A DNA stretch of 58,825 nucleotides, from positions 1 to 58,825 of the forward strand of contig CANQIS010000001.1 in the NCBI GenBank assembly GCA_947624115.1, in the 5' to 3' direction. This stretch comes from an uncultured Bacilli bacterium (lineage in GTDB: Bacteria; Bacillota_I; Bacilli_A; RF39; UBA660). This document shows, one piece after another, positions 47,329-57,379 of this stretch. Numbering within the stretch: the first letter of the stretch is position 1; every line of letters begins with the position of its first letter. The translations under genes and the position numbers were made by a program. A model generated the notes under the pieces. The model did no database searches. It saw nothing but the letters and a program-made list of their open reading frames with translations, and was not told the DNA's origin.

Positions 47329-50300
47329 ATTGAAAGTAACTAAAATTGGCTTGTTGAATTTTTGGCTTTATGACGAAGAAGAATATGATTTTTATGGTGG
47401 TAAATTAATTTTAAGAGGAAGTAATGGTAGTGGTAAATCTGTAACCATGCAATCATTTATCCCTTTAATTTTAGATGGAAATAAGAGCCCAGATCGCTTA
47501 GATCCATTTGGCTCTAAAGAAAGAAAAATTGAAGATTATATAATTGGTGATGCTGAATCAGGTCAAAAAGAGGAATCGACTGCTTACTTATATATGGAAA
47601 TATACGATGAACAAAATAATCGCTATGTGACGATTGGTTTAGGTTTTCGAGGAAGAAAAGGACGACCAGTTGAGTCTTGGGGTTTTGCTTTAAAAGATGG
47701 TAAAAGAGTTGGAAAAGATTTTTTCCTTTATAAAGATGCTATTAATAAAATTCCTTTAACTAAAAATGAATTAAAATCTCGTTTAGGAATGATTAACGAA
47801 TTTACTGATAGTGCAAAAGATTATAAGGCCATGGTTAATCGTTTATTATTTGGTTTTCCAAATTTAGATACTTATGATGAATTTATCAAATTGCTACTAC
47901 AATTGCGAAGTAATAAATTATCAAAAGATTTAAAACCAACTAACTTAGTAAATGTCTTAAATACGGTTTTACAACCATTAACAGAAGAAGATTTACGACC
48001 TTTATCAGAAGCAATTGAACAAATGAATAAAACTAAAGAACAAATCGAAAAATTAGAAAAAAATTATAAATCACTAAATGAATTTTTAAAAACATATCGT
48101 AATTATAATGAAATAAACTTATTAACCAAAACTAAAAACTATAAAAAAGTAAGTGATGATTATAATGTATTAATTAAAAATATTGATAATTCACAAAAAC
48201 AATTAGATAATTACAAACAATTATTAATTAATAAAAGAGTTCGTCAAGATGAGGTCATTGAAAAAATTAAATTAGATGAAGCTACTAAAGAACAATTAGA
48301 TAATAATGATTTAAAGAAAAAAGTTGAATCATTAAATAAAATTGAGCAAGTAATTATTACTTTAGAAGAAAAAATAGATGAAATTGATAAAAAAATTGAT
48401 ATTAATGAAAAAGATAAAATTGAAACTAGTAAGAGATTATCCGTCACTGACGAAGAAATTTATAAATTAAAAAAAGAAATAGAAGATATAACTATCGATT
48501 TAAAATCGTTAGCAGACTATAGTTATTTTGATGAAATTATTTTCTTTATTGATGAAATGTCAGAAAATTTTGATAAAAATATTTCTTTCGATACTATTTT
48601 TATGTCCATAAAACATTATAAAGACAAAATAAATAAACTTCTCGAGTTATTAGAAGAAGAACAAAGAATTGTTTCCGAAAGTGAATCTTCGAGAATGAAA
48701 CTGGAAAAATTAGTTCAAACATATAAAAATATCGAACATGATCTTAATAATAAATATGAAAATTTTAAAGAAAGTATTATGGCTTGGGAAGAAGATTTTA
48801 TTAATAAGTTAAATAATAACGATTATTTGAAATTAGATGATTTTTCTAAAAAACAAATATATGATTTAATGAATGATTATAAATCAGAAAATTATGCTGA
48901 AGTAACAAAAATTTATCAAAGTTGTGGACAAGAATTAATTAACGAAACAATCAATCAAAAGTTGATTTTAGAAAATAAAAAAGTTGCTAAACAAAAAGAG
49001 TTAGATGAATTAAAAGTCGAATATGAAAAAATAGAAAATTCCGATGATTTTGAAATACCATCATATAATATTGAAACAGATAATATATTAATAGAAAATA
49101 ATATTACAAGTATACCTTTTTATAAATGCGTTGAATTTAAAGATAATATAGATGAAAAAATTAAAAATCATATTGAATCAACTTTATTAGATTTAAATAT
49201 TTTAAATGCTAAAATAATTAAAGAAAGTGATATACCAATTGTTGAAAAATTAGATGCTCAAATATTATATTTAAAAAAATCAACTAAAAAGAAAGATAAC
49301 TTATTAAAATATTTTAATATTGTATTAGATGAAAAAATAAATATTAGTGAGGAATATATAAAATCTATTTTAGAATCTATTAGTATTAATCAAGACGATT
49401 TAGTATCTATTTCTGATAATGGTATTTCCAAAATTGATTTTTTGAATTCTATTTCTGATAATAAATATAAACAAACATTTATTGGCTATTTAAAAAGATT
49501 AGAATATAAAAATAATAAATTAAAAGAAATAAAATCACAAGTAGAAGTTTTATCCAACGAAATAATTAATATAAATAATTTAACAAATAATCTTGAAAAT
49601 AAAATATCTGTAATTGAATTAGAAATTAAAAATTTGCCATCTAGCAAATTTATAGATAGCATTTTATATGAAATAAGTAATCTTAATATGTCATTAGAAT
49701 GGAATGATAAAAATCAAAAAGATTTAGAAAAAGAATTAGAATTAATCGATAATCAGTTAAGAGAAATAAAAAATCAAATTTTAGATAATCAGCAAGGATT
49801 ATATATACCTCTTAATTTACAATCGTATAAAGAAGTATTTAAAAATGTATGTAATATAAATGAAATATTATTTAAACTTCAAAAAAATTATAATTCATAT
49901 ATCAGTAAATTAGAAATACAATATAGTCAAAAAGAAAAAATAGAAGCACTCCAAGATAATATAGATTATCTAGAATCCGATAAAACTGAAAAAGATAATG
50001 AATTACAAATTAATATAAATAATAAAAATACTATTAATGAGATTTTGAAAACAAAAGAATATACAGATCAAAAAGAAAAATTAATGCAACTAGAAAATGA
50101 ATTAAATAATTTAAATATTGAAAAAGAAAATTTAATTAGAGAACTATCACAAATTGAAACACAAATAAATTATGAAGAAAAAAGTTTAAATAATTTATTG
50201 CAAGAAAAAGAGCAACAATTAAAAGAGTTAAATGTATATAAAGAAATTTTTTTAAGGGAATATAAATTAAATTATGTTTATCAAAATGATATTATCGATA

Positions 50301-51406
50301 TTGATACAACTATAAAAAATATATTGAAAGATATTAAAGATAAAAAAGAGATGTCTTTAAGTGAAGCATTAGATAAATTTTACTCTGATTATAATCATTA
50401 TGCATTAGAATTAAATGAATATTCTTTAAAAAATATTAAGTTATTTTATGATTATACAACTGATGATGAAAAGATAAAAAAGATATACGATGACAATGTT
50501 CGTGCTGATGTAACTTGTATGTATCAAGGTATAAAACTAAACATTATTAAACTATGTGAAAAATTAGAAAATGATATAGAAGAAAATAGAGATTTAATAA
50601 GTGAACAAGATCGTCATTTATTTGAAGATATATTATTAAATACAGTTGGTGATAAAATTAGAAATAGGATTAATTCTTCCAATGAATGGATAGATAAAAT
50701 AAATGATATTATGGCTAAAATGCAAGAAAATAGTGCTTTAAGCTTTAAATTAAAATGGAATAGTATTTCAGCTGAAAGAGAAGGTGAAATCGATACAAAA
50801 GAATTAGTCAGAATTTTAAAAATCGATCCAAAATTATTAAAAGATAGTGATACAGAAAAATTAGGTAATCATTTTCGAATAAAAATAAAAAAAGCGGAAG
50901 AATTATATCAAGATTCATATATATCTTTTACAAAAATAATTCAAGATGTCTTAGACTATCGTACATGGTTTACTTTTCAATTACAATATCAAAGGAAAGG
51001 CATGAGTAGTTTTAATGAATTAACTGACAAAACATATTCAAAATTAAGTGGTGGTGAAAGAGCTAAAAGCATGTATATTCCACTTTTTGCAAGCGTCTAT
51101 GCTAAATTAAAATCAGCCAAAGATAATTCTTTAAGGCTTATTGCTTTAGATGAAGCCTTTGCTGGTGTCGATGAAGATAACATAAGAGAAATGTTTGGTA
51201 TTCTAAAATATTTAGATATTGATTTTGTGATAAATTCCCAACTTTTATGGGGTGATTATGATACGGTGGAAGACTTGTCAATTTGTGAGTTAATAAGACC
51301 AAATAATTCAAATGTGGTAACTGTTGAAAGATATCGTTGGAATGGTAAATATAAAGAAATTATAAATAATCGAAAAAGTTTTAATGAGCAAATAGAGAAT
51401 GCATAA
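47321..51406 (+). CDS. jetC: Wadjet JetC-like SMC-family ATPase
   Basis: GGAGGTGA RBS then ATG 47321. Walker A GSNGSGKS, very long coiled-coil middle, C-terminal LSGGERAKS and Walker B LIALDEAFAGVD. Confidence 0.85.
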   Translation: MNRLKVTKIGLLNFWLYDEEEYDFYGGKLILRGSNGSGKSVTMQSFIPLILDGNKSPDRLDPFGSKERKIEDYIIGDAESGQKEESTAYLYMEIYDEQNNRYVTIGLGFRGRKGRPVESWGFALKDGKRVGKDFFLYKDAINKIPLTKNELKSRLGMINEFTDSAKDYKAMVNRLLFGFPNLDTYDEFIKLLLQLRSNKLSKDLKPTNLVNVLNTVLQPLTEEDLRPLSEAIEQMNKTKEQIEKLEKNYKSLNEFLKTYRNYNEINLLTKTKNYKKVSDDYNVLIKNIDNSQKQLDNYKQLLINKRVRQDEVIEKIKLDEATKEQLDNNDLKKKVESLNKIEQVIITLEEKIDEIDKKIDINEKDKIETSKRLSVTDEEIYKLKKEIEDITIDLKSLADYSYFDEIIFFIDEMSENFDKNISFDTIFMSIKHYKDKINKLLELLEEEQRIVSESESSRMKLEKLVQTYKNIEHDLNNKYENFKESIMAWEEDFINKLNNNDYLKLDDFSKKQIYDLMNDYKSENYAEVTKIYQSCGQELINETINQKLILENKKVAKQKELDELKVEYEKIENSDDFEIPSYNIETDNILIENNITSIPFYKCVEFKDNIDEKIKNHIESTLLDLNILNAKIIKESDIPIVEKLDAQILYLKKSTKKKDNLLKYFNIVLDEKINISEEYIKSILESISINQDDLVSISDNGISKIDFLNSISDNKYKQTFIGYLKRLEYKNNKLKEIKSQVEVLSNEIININNLTNNLENKISVIELEIKNLPSSKFIDSILYEISNLNMSLEWNDKNQKDLEKELELIDNQLREIKNQILDNQQGLYIPLNLQSYKEVFKNVCNINEILFKLQKNYNSYISKLEIQYSQKEKIEALQDNIDYLESDKTEKDNELQININNKNTINEILKTKEYTDQKEKLMQLENELNNLNIEKENLIRELSQIETQINYEEKSLNNLLQEKEQQLKELNVYKEIFLREYKLNYVYQNDIIDIDTTIKNILKDIKDKKEMSLSEALDKFYSDYNHYALELNEYSLKNIKLFYDYTTDDEKIKKIYDDNVRADVTCMYQGIKLNIIKLCEKLENDIEENRDLISEQDRHLFEDILLNTVGDKIRNRINSSNEWIDKINDIMAKMQENSALSFKLKWNSISAEREGEIDTKELVRILKIDPKLLKDSDTEKLGNHFRIKIKKAEELYQDSYISFTKIIQDVLDYRTWFTFQLQYQRKGMSSFNELTDKTYSKLSGGERAKSMYIPLFASVYAKLKSAKDNSLRLIALDEAFAGVDEDNIREMFGILKYLDIDFVINSQLLWGDYDTVEDLSICELIRPNNSNVVTVERYRWNGKYKEIINNRKSFNEQIENA

Positions 51407-52652
51407 TTATACAAAATATTTTAAAGACCAAAAAGGATTCGATAGGTTTATAACGGCTTTATATAAAAAATATCAATCTTTAGGAAAAATATCAGGTACT
51501 ATTCATTTAAATAATTTGACAATAGATGAAAAAATTGTTTTGTCAAAATTATTTGGAACTGAATATCAAGAAAATACCAATATAACCATTCCAATTAAAA
51601 AATTTGTCAAAATTATGGAAAATTCTAAATACGAAGATTTTGATATAAATATATTAGTATCAGAATATTTAAATCTACAGTTATTTAGTAAAAACGAAGA
51701 AAAAGATATGTTACTTAATAATGAAAAAGAATATTATCAAAGTATCATTCAAGATAAAAATACTATAGGAAATAAATGGTTAAAAGAAATTGTTGATAAA
51801 AAAATAAAACCGTATAATTTAATTCATAAGAGATATAATCAAAATAAAGAAGCATTAAAAAAAGAATTAACAAATATTTTAACTCTTGTTAATAATTTAC
51901 CAACAACTAAAACATTATTATCAATTTTTTCATCAAACTATACATCAGATCCACATTATATCGATTTAGATAAAAATCATATTATTTTATTTTTATACGC
52001 TTTATCATATTTAGATGATAGTGAATTTCCAAATACAAGAGAAGAAAAAATTAAATTATTAGGAAAATACAATATAGAAATAGATAATTTATCGAATTTT
52101 GCTCTGACATATAATTTATGGTCAAATAAAGAATATATTAATAAGTTTGCTGAAAATAAAGAATCTTTAATTTTGAATATTCAAAATATTTTAGCAATTG
52201 ATAGTTTAGATGCCAAAAATAAAAAAGTATTTATTTTTGAAAATCCATCAATTTTATCTGAAATAATCTCTAAAAATATAGATGTAAGTGTTATTATATC
52301 TAGTGGTTTTATTAATACTAGTATATATTTAATTATAGATAAATTAATAAAAAATGATAATAAATTATATTATAATGGCGATTTTGATCCTGAAGGATTA
52401 TTAATTGCTCAAAAATTAAAAGAAAAATATAAAGAAAAAATTGAATTGTTTTGTTATAGTAAAAACGATTATGAACAATGTATATCTAAAAAAAATATAA
52501 ATATTCAAAGATTAAATAAATTAACTAAAATAGATAATAAAGAACTTTTAGAAATTAAAGAATTATTAAAAAATAATAAATTATCAGCTTATCAAGAAAA
52601 TAATAAAGATAATATAATAAAATTTATAAAAGAAACTATTATTAAACAGTAA
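51399..52652 (+). CDS. jetD: Wadjet JetD-like Toprim nuclease subunit
   Basis: 8-nt overlap with jetC. C-terminal Toprim-like FIFENPS ... YNGDFDPEG. Confidence 0.75.
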   Translation: MHNYTKYFKDQKGFDRFITALYKKYQSLGKISGTIHLNNLTIDEKIVLSKLFGTEYQENTNITIPIKKFVKIMENSKYEDFDINILVSEYLNLQLFSKNEEKDMLLNNEKEYYQSIIQDKNTIGNKWLKEIVDKKIKPYNLIHKRYNQNKEALKKELTNILTLVNNLPTTKTLLSIFSSNYTSDPHYIDLDKNHIILFLYALSYLDDSEFPNTREEKIKLLGKYNIEIDNLSNFALTYNLWSNKEYINKFAENKESLILNIQNILAIDSLDAKNKKVFIFENPSILSEIISKNIDVSVIISSGFINTSIYLIIDKLIKNDNKLYYNGDFDPEGLLIAQKLKEKYKEKIELFCYSKNDYEQCISKKNINIQRLNKLTKIDNKELLEIKELLKNNKLSAYQENNKDNIIKFIKETIIKQ

Positions 52653-52957
52653 ATGTTACTTTCAAAATAAAGAGTGTATAATATTATTTATGAATTTAGT
52701 ATATTAGAGAATAATTTAAAATATACAAATTCATGGTATAGGAAATGAAAAAAATGAATAAGGAAAGATTAAAAAATATTAGTACTTATAATGGTGATAA
52801 TACATCGAATGTAGATTCTAATGATTCTAAGGTATCACCATATAATAAATATATTTTTGAACATAGTTTTGTGGATTTTGATGAACAAAAAAATGCTAAA
52901 AAATGATGGTAATTAAGAATTATAGAAAACTTTTAGTAGAACGAAGAGGTGAATGCA

Positions 52958-53626
52958 TTGAAAATAAAAGATTTAAAAGAAGATTATGATAAGTTGCAAA
53001 TTAAATATGGAGCTAAGGATTTAGATTCTATATATAATGGTGGATGTGAAGATAATCCTGATATTTGTTTTGTTTTCATGAATCCTACTGGTAAAAATAT
53101 TGCAAGTGATAAATCATGAAAAGGTAGAAAATCTCCATGGCTTGGAACTAAAAATATATGGAAATTGTTTTATAAAGTTAATTTATTAAGTGATGAAGTA
53201 TTTAACAAAATTCAAGAAAAGAAACCAAAAGAATGGGATTATGAATTTTGTGATTACGTTTATGAAGACATAACTAATCATAAAGTATTTATTACTAACC
53301 TGGGAAAATGTACACAAACAGATGCAAGACCATTATCAGATGAAGTATTAAAAAAATATCTTGATTTATTATTTAAAGAAATAGATATAATAAAACCAAA
53401 AGTTATTATTACTTTTGGCAATCAAGTTAGTTCTATTATTTTAAATAAAAAGATTTCAGTATCTGAAAATAGAAAAATATGTCAAAAAATAAAAATTAAT
53501 GAAAATATATATAAAGTTTATCCTGTTTATTATCCAGTTGGTAATGGTATATTTAATATGGATAAGTCAATAGAAGATATAAATTGGATAATTAAAAATG
53601 AACTTAAAGAGGAAGTGAATATATGA
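52958..53626 (+). pseudogene. Uracil-DNA glycosylase-superfamily protein interrupted by an in-frame TGA
   Basis: TTG 52958 after AGAGG. ..PDICFVFMNPTGKNIASDKS*KGRKSPWLGTKNIWKLF.. with TGA at 53117-53119 in the same frame as track ORF 53165-53626. Confidence 0.55.
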
Positions 53627-54216
53627 AAAAAATTTTATTTGCTACAGAAAATGAGAGTAAAGCCAAAAGATTTAAAAGTGGTCTTTTAGAAAAAAATATA
53701 GAGATAATTACAATAAATGATATCGATAAAAAAATAGATGTCGAAGAAAATGGAAATAATGCAATTATTAAAGCAAGAGCTTATGCTAATATTTGTGATA
53801 TACCGGTACTTGCTATGGATGATAATTTGTATATTGATAATATACCAGATGATAAACAACCTGGAATGTTTGTAAGACGAGTTAATGGTAAAAGACTGTC
53901 AGATGAAGAAATGATCAAATATTATTCTAATTTGGCTAGCACTTATGGTGTAGATGGTAAATTAACTTGTAGATGGGTCTATGGTATAGCAGTTATTTGT
54001 AATGGAGTAGAGAAAACTTATACTTGGAGTAAAGAAGATTTTTATATTGTCGATAAACCTTCAGATAAAATTAATCCTGGTTATCCTCTTAATACCATCT
54101 CTATTAATAAAAATTTAAATAAATATTTTACAGATATTACTGAAGATGATAAAAAGTATATAAAAGAAGATGAGCGTGATGTTATTGATTTTATAGCAAA
54201 CAGTATAAAACAATAA
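53623..54216 (+). CDS. Divergent Ham1/RdgB-like (non-canonical purine NTP pyrophosphatase fold) protein
   Basis: ILFATENESKAKRF, VEENGNNAIIKARAYA and PVLAMDDNLYIDNIP..QPGMFVRR parallel RdgB blocks ATGN.GK, EETG..NA..KA and ADDSGL....PG..SAR. ATGA overlap with the upstream gene. Confidence 0.5.
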   Translation: MKKILFATENESKAKRFKSGLLEKNIEIITINDIDKKIDVEENGNNAIIKARAYANICDIPVLAMDDNLYIDNIPDDKQPGMFVRRVNGKRLSDEEMIKYYSNLASTYGVDGKLTCRWVYGIAVICNGVEKTYTWSKEDFYIVDKPSDKINPGYPLNTISINKNLNKYFTDITEDDKKYIKEDERDVIDFIANSIKQ

Positions 54217-54301
54217 CTTAATTAAGAAGCAGTTAATAATTCAAAGATTTAAGTATAGTGATATATTTCAAAAATGTTAAAATTGTAGAAAGAATTTTTT
54301 T

Positions 54302-54397
54302 ATGAAGTACAAAAACAAGGAACAAAGTTTTCTGTCAGTTGGAATCAACTGTGCGATACGGATTTATGGAAACACCTTAACGAATCTTTATAAATAA
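54302..54397 (+). CDS. Micro-ORF (31 aa) inside repeated element, copy 1
   Basis: MKYKNKEQSFLSVGINCAIRIYGNTLTNLYK shares INCAIRIYGNT with the ORF at 58293-58367. Confidence 0.25.
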   Translation: MKYKNKEQSFLSVGINCAIRIYGNTLTNLYK

Positions 54398-54519
54398 AGG
54401 AATTTGTCCAAAAAAGTTTTTACATTTTTGAATATTATTATGAAAAATTAAGATAGTATTTATTCAATTAGAAAAGATAAAAAGTTAGAATTATAAAGAT
54501 GAAGGAGTAATGATTTAAG

Positions 54520-54984
54520 ATGAGTATAATTACAAGTACCAGTGGTTCGTCATGTTGGAGAGGATTAGATTATTATAAAATTAAAAAAATTAAAAAAATT
54601 AAAAATATTAAAAAATTAAATAATAATGAGTATATATAAGTATTGTTTCAGAAAATAAAGATTATAATGTTTATCTTAAATTTAGAAAATCATAGAAAGT
54701 CAACATGCAATTGTCCTCTGGCTAATGGAAAACGTATTATTTGTAAACATATTGTTGCAACTTATTTTAGTGCTGTTCCAAATAGTGCTAAAAATTTTGA
54801 AGAAGAACAAGAAAAATTACAACAAGAATATGAAGAATATGAAGAAAGACAATACAAAAACACCATAAACTTTTTATATAAAATGACTAAAAAAGAACTA
54901 ATTGAAGAACTTGTTTATATTTTTGATTATGCTTCAGAATGGATTTATACTGATTTTGTTAAAAGAAATGATATAGAAGGATAA
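54520..54984 (+). pseudogene. SWIM zinc-finger protein, disrupted
   Basis: MSIITSTSGSSCWRGLDYYK.. and ..NLENHRKSTCNCPLANGKRIICKHIVATYF (CxC...CxH SWIM motif) are in one frame, separated by TAA at 54637-54639. The 45 nt after the stop read better in the adjacent frame (SENKDYNVYL). Confidence 0.65.
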
Positions 54985-55029
54985 ATTTGCAAATTTTATT
55001 ATAAAAAATTATGAAAGGAAGCGACTTGT

Positions 55030-55910
55030 ATGGTAAATAAATCAGAAAATAAGATAGTAAATAAAGTTTTAAATGATAAATATACTGACAGCACTTTTGA
55101 AAGCATAAAACATTTAGATGATTATGGAAATGAATATTGGTTTACTAGGGAACTTTCAAAGGCATTAGAATATAGTGATTGGCGCAATTTTTTAAAAGTT
55201 TTAAATAAAACAAAAGTGGCTTGTAAAAACTCATGATTGAATGTAGATGAACAACTCGTTGAAGTCAACAAGTTGTCGAAGAGAAACAATAATGCTAATG
55301 TTAACATCCAAGATTATAAACTATCGAGATATATATGCTATCTAATAGTGCAAAATGCTGATCCTAGTAAAGAAGTAGTTGCTTTAGGGCAAACTTACTT
55401 TGCTATACAAACAAGAAAGCAGGAAATTACAGAGCAAGAATATGAAGCTTTATCAGATGATGAAAAAAGATTTTATCAAAGAAAGCTAACTAGGTAAGGT
55501 AATTATACGCTTCAAAAAGTCGCTTCATCTGCTGGTGTTAAAAATACGGCAGAATTTCATAATGCAGGTTATAGAGGATTATATAATGTTGAAACAGCTG
55601 ATGAAATTTTTAAAAGAAAGAAATTACGTTATAGAGAAGATATATTAGATAATATGAATGAAGATGAGTTGATAGCTAATCTATTTAGAATAAATCAAAC
55701 AAAACAAAGATTAATTCGTGATAATGTACAAGGTGAGAATAATGCCAAGGCTGTTCATTATGAAGTTGGTAAAAAGGTACGAAAAGCTATTCAAGATATT
55801 GGAGGAATGATGCCTGAAGAAAATGCCAACACCAAAGAAAAGTTTAAAAGAACTTGAAAAAGAAAAAGTGAGAAAATAAAGAACAAGAAAAACTTGAAGA
55901 AGTTAAATAA
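55030..55910 (+). pseudogene. dinD: DNA-damage-inducible protein D (DinD)-like, copy 1, disrupted
   Basis: In-frame TGA 55234-55236 and TAA 55495-55497 (CAA in copy 2), plus a 3' frameshift relative to copy 2. Motif RYICYLIVQNADPSKEVVALGQTYFAIQTRKQE as in E. coli DinD. Confidence 0.7.
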
Positions 55911-55923
55911 GGAGTTATGAATT

Positions 55924-57084
55924 ATGACAAAGTTAAATAATAAGTATTCACTTGCTGAATTAATAAACAACTTGGATTATAAATATCAGTTTGTTAAAAA
56001 TAATAGATATTGGAATTATGATCAAGTGTATAATTTATACTTAAATGATAAATTGTATCAAGTTTCTGAAAATGATATTTTATTAAATATTTCTCATAAT
56101 ATTGCAAATAAAGTAACCAAAAATTTTATACAGGAAAATGACATTCAAGATTATGAAGTTTTTAATATGGATATTAATCAAATGAAAAATATTGTTGTAA
56201 GTTTTTTTATGAATATAAATACAAATTTAAAAGATAAAATTGAACTTGCATTATTAAATACAAAATTTATAAAATATGATGATAATATACCTGGTAATTG
56301 TCAAAGATCAGTAACTAAAAAAAGTGGAGTAACATTTTATTATAAAAATGATTTAAGTTCTTTAGTTACTTTAGCTCATGAAATGAGTCATGTTATTGCA
56401 AATTTAGATAACAACGGAAAAATTAATAATGCTAATAAAGTTGCTGCTTTTTCTGAAATTGAATCTGAATTAGCAGAAGATTTATTTTTGGAATATTTGA
56501 AAAACATTCATTTACCAATAAAATTAAAAAATTCAACTGATTCTGTTAGAAATTTAAACGATAATGATATAAATTGTATAAAATATAATAAGTATAAATC
56601 TGTTGTTTTTCTATCGTATAGAGCAATAGATGAATTAGGATTTAAAAAATTTATTAAAAGTAAAGGAATAAATAAAATAGATTATGAATTAATCCATGAA
56701 TTATCTATTTCTATGAATATTACAAAAGAAAATTTGATTTCAAAAATAGAAAGATTTGTGAATGAATATTATCCAAATGAAAATTTATTACATGATTATG
56801 CTGTTAAAAATTATGATTTAGAAAATGGAAGACATTTATCTAATGAAAGCAGATTTATTTATGCATTTTGTTTTACTGAAAAATTTAATGAAATGCAATT
56901 AGATTATATAGATAAATGTAAATTTTATGAAAATTATTTAGAAAATGCAAAAAATATGTCTTTTCAAGATGTCTTGAAGTTATTTAATGTAGATTTAATT
57001 GATTTAAATAGGTTTAGTGATGAATTTATAAATAAATTTAATGAGTTATCGAATAAAAGTGATTTTAGATATAGAAACATTTAG
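55924..57084 (+). CDS. Zinc metallopeptidase-like protein (HExxH, truncated M3-like)
   Basis: LAHEMSHVIA followed about 25 aa later by FSEIESELAE (candidate third ligand). Confidence 0.5.
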   Translation: MTKLNNKYSLAELINNLDYKYQFVKNNRYWNYDQVYNLYLNDKLYQVSENDILLNISHNIANKVTKNFIQENDIQDYEVFNMDINQMKNIVVSFFMNINTNLKDKIELALLNTKFIKYDDNIPGNCQRSVTKKSGVTFYYKNDLSSLVTLAHEMSHVIANLDNNGKINNANKVAAFSEIESELAEDLFLEYLKNIHLPIKLKNSTDSVRNLNDNDINCIKYNKYKSVVFLSYRAIDELGFKKFIKSKGINKIDYELIHELSISMNITKENLISKIERFVNEYYPNENLLHDYAVKNYDLENGRHLSNESRFIYAFCFTEKFNEMQLDYIDKCKFYENYLENAKNMSFQDVLKLFNVDLIDLNRFSDEFINKFNELSNKSDFRYRNI

Positions 57085-57379
57085 ATAATTAATTAAATAA
57101 AGAGTCAAACTTGATCAACAATGTCGATCAAATTCTTAAAAAAATATATTTAAGGATAATGAAAAGTAAGTTGCTGAGAATTTCTCGTTAACTTTTTCAG
57201 ATGAAAAAAATTATAAAACTAAAATATATCTATCATTGCGGTACGTAATTGGTTAAAAAATAGAATAACTTAGTTACTTGGGAATCAATTTATAATTTAA
57301 ATTTTAATTCCGTCGAATTCGATGGGTTTAGAAAAAAATGTTGGTTAAAAATTTTTTGATAAAAAATTTTTGAAAGTAA

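Noticed and set aside
52745-52906. 53-aa ORF (MKKMNKERLKNISTYNGDNTSNVD...) between jetD and the UDG-like gene.
   Set aside because: It has no recognisable motif, a weak RBS and low-complexity composition. It may be a gene fragment, but support is insufficient to call it.
53117-53119. TGA read as Trp (genetic code 4). The UDG-like gene has a TGA where a conserved Trp is plausible, and DinD copy 1 also has an in-frame TGA (55234-55236).
   Set aside because: All long essential ORFs (clpC, the 1587-codon polC, prfA, glyQS, jetC) are intact under the standard code, with every Trp encoded by TGG. TGA also terminates intact genes (the ABC exporter at 5882-5884, lepB at 22629-22631, ORF 24436-25380). 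In DinD the aligned residue in copy 2 is not Trp. A nonsense mutation is the simpler explanation.
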